DNA of 62,905 bases, the filler included, from Choristocarpus tenellus KU-1152 (lineage: Eukaryota > Protista > Phaeophyceae): assembly GCA_964200185.2 (NCBI GenBank). It is 9 parts of 9 records of this genome, joined end to end, with 100 filler letters (N's around TTAATTAATTAA, not from the genome) between each part and the next. Parts side by side here need not be neighbours in the genome. Positions count along the whole stretch, not along the records: positions 1 to 12,327 come from CAXNAD020001872.1; positions 12,428 to 24,860 come from CAXNAD020001837.1; 7 more parts are not named here. One strand, 5' to 3'. A program made the translations under genes and the position numbers. Below are positions 1-12,472 of this stretch, piece by piece. Under the pieces are notes generated by a model. It saw nothing but the letters and a program-made list of their open reading frames with translations, was not told where the DNA came from and made no database searches. The stretch's first letter is position 1. Every line of letters begins with the position of its first letter.

Positions 1-445
1 GAAGCTTTGGGCGCTTGATAAGCAAGCAGAAAGTTTTCTGGATGAGTAGCTACGCACATGGTAGGGGGGATAGGCGTGGGAGGCTAAAGCAGGTAAGGAC
101 CTGTCAAATCCCGTTTACGACAGATAGTCTCTGTCACAACACAAGTGGCTCTATCAAGACGTGTCATGCGTTTTGAGCTGGAGACACCAGGTAGATGGGC
201 AAAGAGGAGCCTGCCAGTTTCTTGGGATGCTTCGCTAGCTCCTCGCCAAGTAGTGTAAAACCTAAGCTAGGTTGGAGACATAGGAGGGGAGTGGAATAGC
301 ATAGATTGCAGTCAAAAAGAAATAGATGACAAAAAAATATCTTTCACATGTACGAGAAATGTTACTTTTTCAGAGGTTTTAATGATATTGTATGGACTCT
401 TAGTTATTTTTTCCCCTGACACATCTGGAAAATGTCAAAAGACAT
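1..445 (+). mobile_element. 3' fragment of an RLE-type (CRE-like) non-LTR retrotransposon, degraded
   Basis: Homologous to 53130-53580. Translates to the ..FGRLDKQAESFL..KSRLRQIVSVTTQVALSRRVMRF tail typical of the region after a restriction-like endonuclease, with stops; followed by the shared 3' UTR ending cccctgaca...tgtca. Confidence 0.65.
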
Positions 446-3400
446 AATGAGTGTTGACATGCAAACTACTCTTTGAGATGTGGAATCTTCAAATATCCGG
501 AACTCCTATACGCTTGTCGTATTGTATATACTATTATACCCTTCAACAGTTTCCTCATGTATGTGTCGTATTTGAGTTATTAGATGTATTCTTTTCACAC
601 CGATACACCTTATTTTGTCTGAACTCAAAAAATTATGATGTGATGTAGTGTGGGTTTGGATTTTTGAATTTCTTGGTTTCTATCTTTGAGGTCTTTCGTT
701 AAGGGAACGGCTTTGAAGGTGGTATGCTCGAGTTGTGTGGTCCTCAACAACGTGAAGAGCGCTAGTGGGTGGTGGAAATTATGGCTCCTACGCGCCGTCG
801 CTCTCGCGAAGATTCTGATGAGGAGGAAGAAGAGGTGATACCTCGGTCCCTTGGCCCTCCACCATTTACAACATGACCATGGTTTACTTTCCCGATTTCT
901 CAATCATGGACGACAGTGAGGACTCACACTTGTGCCTCGTGATCGACGGTATTCACTCTTGGGGAATCTTTTAGCTGATTGCTCACCTTTTTCCAAAGTG
1001 ACTCGCTTGGATGAGATTACACAGTTGTTCTTGAGTTGTTGTCACCACAATCCCGCACACCTGTTCCATACACCGACGCCACTGCACTGACCGGCCTAAT
1101 GACGATGCTTGTTTGACTCATTGATTTGATAAGCTGGTATTTTGTAGTTCTGAATTTGTCTGATATTTTTTACTTTGTGTAGAGAGTCCCAAATGCCTGC
1201 AATTTCTCCTCGAAAAGTGCCTTTGCATGGGAGAAGGGCGCGTCTCAAACCGAATCTTTGGTTTCAGTCCGTAGGCCTTCATCGTTGCATCTTTTAAGTG
1301 CTTAGTGTGAAAAATTCCTGGCTAACTGGTAGGCTTGACCTTGTCGCCAATTTTTACCCTAATCCTTTTTGGAGTGAGAATTTCCGTGATCGTCGCTGTT
1401 CGCGTCCTAGTTGAATGACCATGTTTCCTTGACATTTCTCTGTATGGATTCTCATCTACATGAACCCAGAAAACAGTATTTGCTATCTGTTAAAGTGACT
1501 AGCTACGATCCCCCATCGTTCATTCTCTTAAACCTCGGACATTCAAGCACCTCGAGTGTCGACGTCAGATTGACTAGTTCGAAATAGAAAGGGGAGGCGT
1601 CAGGTCGGAAAATATTTCATTTCGGATGCGATTTGAATCCTTAACCCCAAGCTCTGCACTCACAGTCCATGGTGTCCACGCTCACATAGTTGACTATCAA
1701 CTTTTACAATCAGCCCTACCTCTATCCCTATCCTTGTTCCTAACCCTTTCACAAACCGATCATTTACACAACCTCGGGTTGCGTTGAACAACACAACTTA
1801 ATGCAGAGGACATCTACATCCCTGCTCTGTGTAGCCCTCTCACTCCTTTATTGCATCCCTTCTAACACCATGAACTGCTGTGCACAATTCCATTAGTCCA
1901 TTAGTTAACTAGTCCTTAGTGGATGTGCATCCCAAGTGTATTTTATTTGTAGTGAACGGTATTGATTGAATCAGACACCATCTTTATCCCATCATCTCGT
2001 TATGCATGCTTCAATCGCCTGATCTTGTAACTGTTGTCATTGAGTTGAACACCCCCGTCAAAAGCGACCCTCTCTATCCCCCCTTGTAATGAAGTGTATA
2101 CTGTCTTTATGCCATGAAGTGAAGCGATTTCAGATTTAAACCTGTGTCTCTACATTTACATGTATGTAAATAGGTTGACATCAGAAGCTTACTTGCACAT
2201 ATGTGTACATACACATAAACAGTAGTCCATTAGGGTTAGGGCTATTGATTGGATTATTTAAAATCCCCTTAACTGATGCAGAGGAGATACTGATACAAAG
2301 AAAAAACATATAGTTCTGGTACATTGTTCTGTAGTATTGTCCACACATGTGGACCAAGATCGGGCTTTTGGCATAATCTGCATAGAAGCTGTGCTAAGTT
2401 ATATGTGTGTGCATTGTGTTTAGCAATATATATACATACATGTAGTTGTTGAAGAATTGACAATTTCTTTCCGAATCCATTCCCTGTGAACCCGTACTGT
2501 ATGTATGCTGAAATCTCACCTTATCCCCATCCCTCAATCCTTGATTGAACCTAACCCTTACCAACCCTGACTGTTGATATAAATATATACTTGTTTTGAA
2601 GAGTCCCATCCCTAAACTTGAAGTTTCCTTAACCTTAAGGATTGCTTGCATCAGTGGTAAGAAAAAAAAGAAAATGTTTTGTATTTCCTGAGTTGTCTTG
2701 TTGCTTGCATGTCACCCCCATCACATTTGCGAGAAATATAAGGGGGCAGGGTTAAGGTTAGTGGAGAAAACCATAATGTTATTTTTATTCATTTTGCTTC
2801 AAAACTTGAAAGTGTTCATTTCAATTCAAAATAGATGCGCTCTTTTCTTTTGTTTTGGATTCAAAATGGATACGCTTCTTTGCATTCATTTCAGTTCAAA
2901 AAATAAAAGTGTCCTTTCCTATCCTTTCATTTTGATTCAAAATAGACATGCTGCTTTGTATTCATTTTTTATAATTAAAAAAGAAGATTGGTGATACGCT
3001 CTGACTACTAATAAGAAACAAACTGTTGAAGGTATATGTGTACATATGTAGATACATACATGTGGAATTTTTTTATGCCATTCGGGGTAAATACACAGTG
3101 TTACACTGATACACCGACTGCCTATTTCCAAGACAGCAGAAAACAGGAAATTTCCTGATTAGTTGGCGCCTAGTCCATGGAAGTTCTACTTTTGATGCTG
3201 ATCATACCATTAATACTATTGTTATTATTATTATTATTGTTATTGTTATTGTTATTTATTTTAATATTTTAATTTATTTTGCTGTGGTGTAAAATAACAA
3301 AAACACAACTAGTCCCTCTAGTGCTTCAGTTGCTCTGGATCAAAAGACCCTAGAGCCCAGGATGAATGAAGCAGCCTTGGTCGGGGTGTGTTGGACAAGA

Positions 3401-3798
3401 ACCTTATTCCTATCCCTGAAAAATTCTGCAGAAATATCTGCGTGTGTCAAGACAAATGTTTTTTTTAATTACTTTACACTGATGGTCTATGGTTTGAGAT
3501 TTGAAACCTTTCATATCCAGTTTGCGCTGAGTGTTTAGTTTAAAGTTATTTTTGGCATGTATCAACGAACCCTTTCTGACTAAACAAACAGCATCTATTT
3601 ATATGCTCATACTCTTTGTACATACACATAGGCGTAATAATGTTTTTTTTTTGTATTTCTGGATAATTTTGTTTCTTTCTTGGTACTCGTATTTTCTGGA
3701 TTTTCTTTTTTTTACGTCCAATTTTTGTCCCTCTGCCATCTTTGTCTTCATGCCTGAGACCCCTCAGACAAGTGTGAAGACAATAATAATATTATTAT

Positions 3799-3832
<34 letters not shown>

Positions 3833-3871
3833 TTGTATTTGTGTAAGAATTAAAATATATACACATATAGT

Positions 3872-4131
3872 AAGTGAGAGTATCTTAGAGGGTACGAGTT
3901 TTGCCCTGTTTGTCCATTTGGGACTTGGCTTCCCTCAGGGTTTTTTTAAGACATTTTCCTAATCCAAAATATTCTGGAGTGGGCAAAATGTATACGTTAT
4001 GAAAAGATGTGTCCGGAACAAGGATATTGACACTTCCTAACAAACACAATAGACAAAATTACATCAAAATGGCAACATTGGATTTTGGCCCCCAAATGGA
4101 CGTGGCTCTACCCTATAAGATAATTCGGGTC
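3872..4131. mobile_element. MITE family A (about 260 bp, Sola2-like)
   Basis: Degenerate TIR (..AGTATCTTAGAGGGTA / TACCCTATAAGATA..); TAGT on both sides (3868-3871, 4132-4135); homologous to the other copies in the window. Confidence 0.85.
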
Positions 4132-4194
4132 TAGTGAATCATTTCAACAACCAGCCAAGGCTGAAAGTTATGTTGTTGTGTTGATGCTAAGATT

Positions 4195-4226
<32 letters not shown>

Positions 4227-4312
4227 CTAGGTTAGGGTTAGATTTACGTTTGCTAAATGATATATTATGTTGATATATGTGTGTATGTGTGTGTGGATTT
4301 TTTTTTGTCCAG

Positions 4313-7300
4313 AGTCATCGCTCCAGCAAGCGGCCTAATGTGTTGTATGCTGAGCAGGAAGGCGTTGCCTCTGGCAGTGAGGAGGGATATGGTCATGGTG
4401 AGAGCTTTCGGTTTTTGATTTGTATATTTTCTTTATTTCTGGGTACAAGTTACTTAGGGTTAGGTTTAGGGTTAGGGTTGGAGTTAGTGTTAGGTTTAGA
4501 GTTAGGGTTATAGAGACACTGAGCTCCAACTGCGGTAGGTATGATTGGTTTTTGAGGAATGAAGTGAAGTGATCATTGTTGGGTGGAGGAACAGAGTCAT
4601 TTCACAACTGCACAGGCAAAGAATCGATGTAAAGGGTTAGGGTTACCAAATGAAGAATGCTACCTCTGACCCAAGGGTTAGGGTTAGCTCTGACCTTTAT
4701 TTTGACCTTAAATGTGACCTAAACCTGCTGTAGACTGGATTGGGCCCATGTAGAGTTAGGGTAAGGGGTGTGGGTAAGGGTTTGCAGAAAGGGTCAGGGT
4801 AAGGGTACAACAGTAGGTTTGTCCAGAACCCTTTTCAGCAGCCCTTTATTGTTATCTGTTTGTTTAGTGCATATCTCCATGGGCTAGGTTTAGGGTTAGG
4901 GTTAGGGTCAGGGTGAGGGATTGTAGTACAACAGCAGGATTAGGGTTATTTGCACCCCTTACCTCTGTTGTAGTCCCTTTTCTGTTTAGCTTTTATGGTC
5001 TTTTTTGTAGCCTTAACTCCCACCTTAACCCTAACCCTGAGACGTGGAGACCTCGACAAAGCCTAGCTCTAACACCAAGGAAACCTCTTCCCCCCAAGAA
5101 CAGAGCATCATACACTATTAATATGGTAGAAGTTTCCAGCACCCTAATGCTACATGGTTTGATACGACTATGCTAACAACACCTGTTGTTTAGGGTTAGG
5201 GTCACACAGTGATGGGTTAAGGTTAGGGGAAAGTATACCCTAACCCTATGATCGGAAATCGACAACTGATACTTGTCAGCAGTGGAGATGTTGAAGAACT
5301 GCACAAACGTCAACATCCTGTAGCTGTAACGTGGTGATGGTGGGTGGGGGCTATTTACCATATCTTACCTTACCATCCAGATAGCATTCTTTTACAATGA
5401 CCATACCGTCCACTCCTTTAGAATCCCTGGTCATAACATAGCTCTGCCGCATTGGAGAGCACTTACTGTAAGTGTACTGTAAGTGGACCGTAAGTGGACC
5501 GTAATCGTACTGTAAGTGTACTGTAAGTGTACCATAAGTGTACTGTAAGTGGACCATAAGTGGACCGTAAGTGGACCGTAATCGTACCGTAAGTGGACCG
5601 TAAGTGTACTGTAAGTGGACCGTAAGTGTACTGTAAGTGGACCATAAGTGGACCGTAAGTGGACCGTAAGTGTACTGTAAGTGGACCGTAAGTGGACCGT
5701 AAGTGGACCGTAAGTGGACCGTAAGTGGACCGTAATCGTACCGTAAGTGGACCGTAAGTGGACCGTCCAGTGGTATACTGCACAGACTGTAAGAATGCCG
5801 AATTGGCAACAACGTACTCTATTTTCATAACATTTATTATCAGTAGTAATGTATAGCGGTGGTGAATCTTTGTAACTGTCTTACTCTATTTTCATAACAT
5901 TTATTATCAGTAGTAATGTATAGCGGTGGTGAATCTTTGTAACTGTCTTACTCTATTTTCATAACATTTATTATCAGTAGTAATGTATAGCGGTGGTGAA
6001 TCTTTGTAACTGTCTTCAATCCTAAACTTCTCGCCCTGGTACTATGAATATTATTGTACCACTCCTGTAAGAATACTAGCTCTTTGTGGAGAGAGGTTAG
6101 TATGCATACTGTAGTAATAGTGGGCATAGATATTGAGGTTAACTCTACCATTATAGGTGGGGTTTCGATTCAGTTGGCGGTACTCGATGAGTAAGAGTAA
6201 GAATGAAACTGTCAACAGTGTATGTGGAATTTGTTGTACCTGTTTATGGTAAATTCATAGTGTTACACCTCTCCACTGATCTCCAATATACTGCTTAGTA
6301 GAATAATTCCAGGATTTTCGGAGTTGTTGGCGACCCTTCCAGCTATGTTGTTCTATTTGGAGTGAACAATTTGATTTGATTTACTAACCTGTACACGAGA
6401 AGGTTTTATAGCCCCCGTGATTGCCTTCAACAACCGTGTAAGGGCCATGGTACTGTCATCATTCTTGTCATCATTGTTGTCATCATTGTTCACTGTGTTG
6501 TAGCTGTATTGTCAAGAAACTGGACTACGTCCAACTGTAGACCCAAACACACTGTGAGGTCAAATGAAGACCGCAACTCTTACTGTAATGTAAGCATTTA
6601 CTGAGTATGTCGACGTTTTCGAAGGACCAAAACCTACCGACTAAATTCCCTAACCCTAACCCTAAACCTAACCCTATCCCTAAGCCTTCTTGACAGTGCC
6701 GTGGCAAATTCCGCAGCGTTCGACGTGAAACTGTCAACATATTTCAATCTCACATATTCTGACATATGCAGTTTGGACAAACCTTCATGTTCAAATGTCA
6801 AGAACTGACTGAACGTTGAAAGTGCAACTGTCTAAGTTTTTTCTACTAGTATTAGGACACTGTCTCAAGTCAGTTTTAACCTGTCCCTCCCTAACTCCAA
6901 TCCTAACAAAAGCCCTAACCCTAACCTTAGCCTGAAATTTCAACTTTTGTGCACCCTGAATTCATCCCTACCTATATCTAAATTTCAACTATTTCCTCTT
7001 AGTCCTAGAACTGTCTCCTCCGAACCTTTTACCCTAACCTTAACATACTAAATTTTGACCACTGTATTGTACCCTAAACTCGTTCCTTCTAACCCCAACC
7101 CTAACCCTATTCCCATATCTGAAAACCTTTGTTGCAGCACATTCCAATGGAACCAGAGAGACCTCCATGACCAACAAAGGGCAGAAAGGCAAGAGCAAAG
7201 GCAAGGGCAAAGGCAAGGAGAAGGGGAAGGGAGAGACCACATTACTACACCCTCCTGAGCAAGATCAACATAATATAAATAGTCATCAAGACTATTCAGA

Positions 7301-10300
7301 TGGTGGCAACGATGGGGCAGGGGGAGGGAGAGGGGGAGGGGGAGAGGATGAGAAGGATGAGGAGGAGGAGGAGGATGAGGATGGGGCAATGATGAGGAAG
7401 CAACGGGAGCTCATGGGAGACCTAGAAGGCGATGATATGGATGAGGATCAGGAGGAGGGTACGTAAAGGGGGACCGTTTTGTACTGTTAGGGATCAAAAG
7501 GATTTGTGAGCTAAGGTCTATTTTATCGGCCCAATTTTTTTTTCATGTGCTTCATTGAATCAAGGTGTGTGCTGAGTGCTGTGAGTTGCTGTAAGAAAAT
7601 AATCAAGGTGAGGTGAGTTGAGATTAATCAGATGAGGAGTCAGTGGAGGATTGTGCTGTGAGTAGCTCTTTAGCAGAGATGCAATATTCATGCATGTGTA
7701 CACGCAAGGATTTTCCAAATAGTCAGAAGGCGCTGATTCTGATGCCAATTGTTCCTTGACTAGGTGAATTGCAAGCAACTGGATCACTACGATATGACTC
7801 ACAACCCTAGTATTTAGTGTACATGATTATTGTTAGTTTTTACTATTGTTATAAAAATATTGTTTTATTGATACAGTGTACGTATACCTTGGTTCTGGTG
7901 GTGGTATATCGGTGTGTTGACAGTGTAGGTATGTGGTGGGACTTTGCTTTTACTTTACCTTTGTTTTATTTTCCATTACCTTCCATTACTTTACATTACA
8001 TTACTTTCTTTACTTAATTTACGTTACTGGTGGTGTTATATCCATTTGTTGACAATGGATGTATGTGGTTGGAATTTGCTTTACTTTACTTTACTTTACT
8101 TTACTTTACTTTACACATTACTTTACTTGAATTGACTTAACTTGAGTAGTTCGGTGTGTGATTGTGAGTTTAAGTGTATGTATAGCACTCCTTAGGACAT
8201 CTTTATTGTAGGGTATATATCAACCCCATAGCTTAAAAGAACGCCCTTTCCGTAGCCCTATCCCTAACACTTACACTAACACTATCCCCCAAAGGATGAG
8301 GCAGGGAAGGTCGTGGTGTGAGTGCAGATCACTGCCTTCTTTGAAATACACTGTTAAATAGCGATCCTATCCCTATCCCTAACCCTAGCACTAACCTTCT
8401 TTGAAATACACTGTTGAATAGCAATCCTATCCCTATCCCTAACCCTAGCACTAACCTTCTTTGAAATACACTGTTAAATGGCGACCCTATCCCTAACCCT
8501 AACACTAACCCTAACATTATTACCTCACTATTAAGATATTTTGATGTGTGAAATACTACCAGGACCGATTTTACTGTAGCAGTCTGGACCATATTTCATC
8601 CCTAACTTTGCCTCTCCTCAACACAAAATGCCTTGAGCTATGCACAGTTCTTTTACTTGTGTAACACATACTATTGATTTGTTTGTTGATCATAGATTAT
8701 TGATTATTGATTGCTGATTATAGATGATTGAATATAGGCAATAACGCAGGCAATCGAGCCTTGGTACCCTAACCCTAAACCTAGAGTATGAAATAGAAAT
8801 AGTTGGTAGTTTTTTTTGAGAGGTTGAATACGGGACACATGGTAAAAGAAAAAAATCCCTTCAGCAGCATTTAGACCAATAGAATGGTTTTTTTCTATCA
8901 GAAGCTTTTTGACCAATACAATGAGTGCCTTTTGTTCTCATTACATTGATCCAGCATGATAGAACCCTTGGCATATATTTGAGTTGGTTGTGACCTGTGC
9001 TTACAGGAAGATGAAAAATGTCGTTTGAGTAAGAAAATATATACTAACAGTTAGAGTTAGTACTAACATTATTCTTATTATTGTTACATATACATGATCA
9101 TATATGTTGCAATTTTGATTATTCTAGTCATAGTTTTTTTTTTAAATGACAATGATCGTAACAGTATCAGCTTGTGCCCTCCTCCTCGCCATGTTGATGT
9201 GATACCGCTCTGATGATTCTTTTCATGACTACTCAAAAATACGAATTCAACGGGGGGGTGTTAGGTACCCGAAACACAAGAGTCACGGACAAGTTGAACA
9301 CAACAGTCACCAATTGCAGGAAGCCCTTGGGGGCACCTGAGTCGGGTCTGGTGTCTAAGATCATGGTGTCCAACTTTATGTGTCACCGCAAACTATCCAT
9401 CCACCTGTGCAGGTTGGTACACTTTTTTTTCCCATTTTTTTAGCGTGCTCTTGATAATAATGATCCGTAAGACACAATTCTAATTTTTTCTTTTTTAAAT
9501 TTATATTTAATTTTGATTTTAATTTTAATTTCTGCCGTGTGTTTTTCATTCACAACCTTTTCGTGTTCAGTGCATCGTCAGTAGGTACGGTTCTATATTT
9601 ATATATTTTTCTTTTTTTTCATTGGTTTTTCCGCTTTTTGGGCATAAAAATATTTTTTCTTTTTTAATTTTTTTTTGCGCAATATTTTTTTTATTTTTTT
9701 TCCCATTTATCTTTTTTTTTGGTTGTTGGTGGGCCGAAGTATCTTTCTTAGAGGGTAGAGCCGCGTCCGTTTGGGTGCCAAAATCCAATGTTGCAAATTT
9801 TATGTCGTTTTGGCTATTGTGTGTGTTAGGAAGTTCCAATAACCTTGTTCCGGACACACCTTTTCATAACGTAAACGTTTTATCTCCTCTGAAGCATTTC
9901 GGAGGGGGGAAGTGTAAGAAAAAATCTGTGGGAAGTCATGCCCCAAACGGACAAACAGGGCAATGCTCGTGCCCTAACCCTAACCCTAACCCTAAGATAC
10001 TTTCACTCTGGTAATACCATACATTCTTTTATTTTTTTTAGGTGCGTTTTTTGTTTTTTTTATTGTGTTAGGGTTAGGGTTGGTATATTTTACTATTTTT
10101 TCATTGTATTGGTATATTTTACTTTTTTTCATTGTGTTGGTATATTTTACTTCTTTGGCATTATGGGACAGTGATGGATTGTTTGTTCGGGTGGGAGGGA
10201 GCTTCATCCCTTTGTTCATTCTTTTTTTATTTTCTTATCTGATTACGGTTTAGGGTTAGGGTTAGATTTTCTTAGTGTGTTTAAAAACATACACTATTGA

Positions 10301-11325
10301 TGTGTAGTAGAGGAAATATTTCAGTGTTTTTGTGTAACACCATGCCACTTTTGGGGGGGCAGAATTCTTTCAATAATTTTTTTTAATTTCTAATTGGGTT
10401 TAAGGATTGAAAAAAAAATTATTACTTAGTGGCTCAATCTTTTTGAACACGAAACTGGAGACTTCCGCTGACTACATATGTCAAGGTTTGTGCATCAGTA
10501 GGATGGTATGTATCATACCGATGACGGTATGAGCTTAATCGATTGATCATGCTGTCATTGATTTCTTTGATAGTTGTACTGTATCCCCAACCATAACCCT
10601 AACCCTCTATGATTCTTCGCTTTTAGTAGGATATCTAAAGTTTTTCAATTTAGTTTGATTTATTTTCTGAGGGCTCCTTACAGTGAATCTTTTTGACAAG
10701 TTTTTTTTAAAATGTGTATTTGGAGAGTTGAAACCATAGACCTTGTTATGGTATGTTCATTTTTTAATTTCTTGTAAGTTATTCAGCAGTGAATCTTTTT
10801 AACAAGTTTTTTTTAAATGTGTATTTGGAGAGTTGAAACCATAGACCTTGTTATGGTATGTTCATTTTTTAATTTCTTGTAAGTTATTCATGTAAGTTAT
10901 TCTTGTAAGTTATTCAGCAGTTAATCACCACGTTGATGTTGTTGTCATTATTTCTGGTTTGTAGTGACTTTTTTTTTGTTTTCAATTTTTATATATATTT
11001 ATTTTAAGAGTTTCAAAATTGAACCAAACCGCTGTCACGATGTTTTTTATTTTTTATACTTTGTAGTATGTATGTGGAGAGGGTGAAAAAATATATCGTA
11101 GTGTTAATTTTTTAGTGTATTATTTGCAGCCCCAACCCTAACCCCCTCAAAAAGCTGTAAACTGTTCATATCTGTCTTCAACATGGCATGACTTGACAGG
11201 CAAGTTAATTTCATCCATGGTCGGAATGGTTCCGGAAAGTCTGCCATATTGGCTGCACTGCAGATATGCCTTGGGGCCAGAGCAAAACTAACCAACCGAG
11301 CCAATAAACTGGACGATCTCATCAG
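4313..11325 (+). CDS. SMC6: SMC6 (structural maintenance of chromosomes 6), partial 5' exons 4313-4397, 7138-7458, 9265-9412, 11200-11325
   Basis: The last two exons splice to ESGLVSKIMVSNFMCHRKLSIHLCR|QVNFIHGRNGSGKSAILAALQICLGARAKLTNRANKLDDLIR, the SMC6 N-terminal head with NFMCH and Walker A GRNGSGKS. The two upstream exons have AG/GT borders with compatible phase-1 junctions and encode a K/G- and D/E-rich extension (less certain). Start codon and the rest of the gene not located. Confidence 0.85.
5462..5767. repeat. 11-bp minisatellite (GTAAGTGGACC / GTAAGTGTACT / GTAATCGTACC variants), roughly 27 units
   Basis: Directly visible tandem array; it produces the repetitive ORFs 5351..5812 and 5463..5828. 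Confidence 0.95.
5815..6016. repeat. Perfect 67-bp tandem triplication
   Basis: Unit tactctattttcataacatt...gtaactgtct starts at 5815, 5882 and 5949. Confidence 0.95.
8335..8515. repeat. 60-bp tandem triplication containing CCCTAA-like repeats
   Basis: ccttctttgaaatacactgtt...ccctaaccctagcactaa repeats with period 60. Confidence 0.9.
9731..10008. mobile_element. MITE family A with a telomeric-repeat insertion in its right TIR
   Basis: TSD TGGT (9727-9730, 10009-10012); ends GGGCCGAAGTATC ... GATACTTTCACTC; (CCCTAA)4 at 9972-9995. Confidence 0.9.
10681..10890. repeat. About 106-bp direct tandem duplication (intronic)
   Basis: cagtgaatcttttt...gtaagttattca at 10681 and 10787. Confidence 0.9.
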
Positions 11326-12003
11326 GTTTGTGAGATGGTGTGTGTGTCTCATAGTAGGTGTCCACCTGTGCCATTGTTTATGTATCATGTATTGTGTATT
11401 TTCATTATGTACTATATACTATGTATTATGTATTATGTATTTATATCATGTAACATGTATTATGCACTATGTATTATGTATTATGCACTATGTATTCTTA
11501 TTATTTACTATGTATTATGTATTGTGTATTGTGTATTGTGTATCATATATATGTTTGTTTGATTGTGGTACTATGTGATACAATAAGCTATATAATAATA
11601 ATAATAATAATAATAATGTTGAACCCTCCTCAATCATTTTATCCAATAGACTATTCCTGTTGTTCACCTTGAGCCAATGGGATGTGGTTACACTGTGTAG
11701 ACACTTGAAAGTCCTTATTCTGTTCGTACCTGGTGTTGAATCAATGGGATGCATTCACCCTTTAGTTCAAAACGTGAGTTTGTAATGCTGTAATGCCGTG
11801 GAACCTGTATGTGCACTATGTGGAGATAGAGTGGAAGTCTTGCTTAGAGCCTCAAGACCAGCCTGTTGATATGACTAACCTACTCTTTTCTTAGGGTTAG
11901 GCTTAGGGTCTTCTTTTTTCATTTTCTTTTCTGCTTTATGTATGGTGTTTGAAATTGAAATGGATACCGCTGTTGTCCAGCTGTATGCAATACATGCTAC
12001 GCT

Positions 12004-12195
12004 CACATTTATTCATATTTTGTATTCACTTATTAGTCACATTTATATTCATATTTGTGTTCACTTATTATTTGCATTTATATTCATATTTGTGTTCACT
12101 TATTAGTCGCATTTATATTCATATTTGTATTCACTTATTAGTCACATTTATATTCATATTTGTATTCACTTATTAGTCACATTTACATTCATATC
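12004..12195. repeat. About 35-bp minisatellite (cacatttatattcatatttgtattcacttattagt), about 5 units
   Basis: Directly visible tandem units. Confidence 0.9.
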
Positions 12196-12327
12196 CGTAT
12201 GTACGTACACGTTCATATTCACACATAGGTTAATTCTAATATTTACGTTGGTATTGACTTTTCCACTTGTAGCTTTTTTTTTTGTAGTGGTACACAGGGT
12301 GTACCTTGTGTGTAAATACATGGGCGT

Positions 12328-12427
12328 NNNNNNNNNNNNNNNNNNNNNNNNNNNNNNNNNNNNNNNNNNNNTTAATTAATTAANNNNNNNNNNNNNNNNN
12401 NNNNNNNNNNNNNNNNNNNNNNNNNNN
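12328..12427. other. Artificial contig-joining spacer N44-TTAATTAATTAA-N44; same spacer at 24861-24960, 35844-35943, 38562-38661, 43109-43208, 46674-46773, 50000-50099, 58185-58284
   Basis: Eight identical 100-bp spacers whose core gives stop codons in all six frames. Confidence 0.98.
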
Positions 12428-12472
12428 CTCCCCCCCCCTGTCCACTCCCCTCTCTATAATTCCCCCCCTGAC

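Noticed and set aside
4335-4529. LTLTLNL / LGLGLG / NPNP ORFs here and elsewhere
   Set aside because: Translations of telomere-like hexamer tracts.
5351-5828. Repetitive ORFs (YGPLTVHLRST)n and CRISPR-like appearance
   Set aside because: Translation of an 11-bp minisatellite with no unique spacers; eukaryotic intron, no cas genes.
11335-11672. Cys/Tyr-rich ORFs
   Set aside because: Low-complexity tatgtat and taa microsatellites in an SMC6 intron.
12328-12427. Recurrent TTAATTAATTAA motif flanked by Ns
   Set aside because: Artificial six-frame-stop contig spacer. It also rules out any gene-cluster reading across contigs, for example GH16 with cullin.
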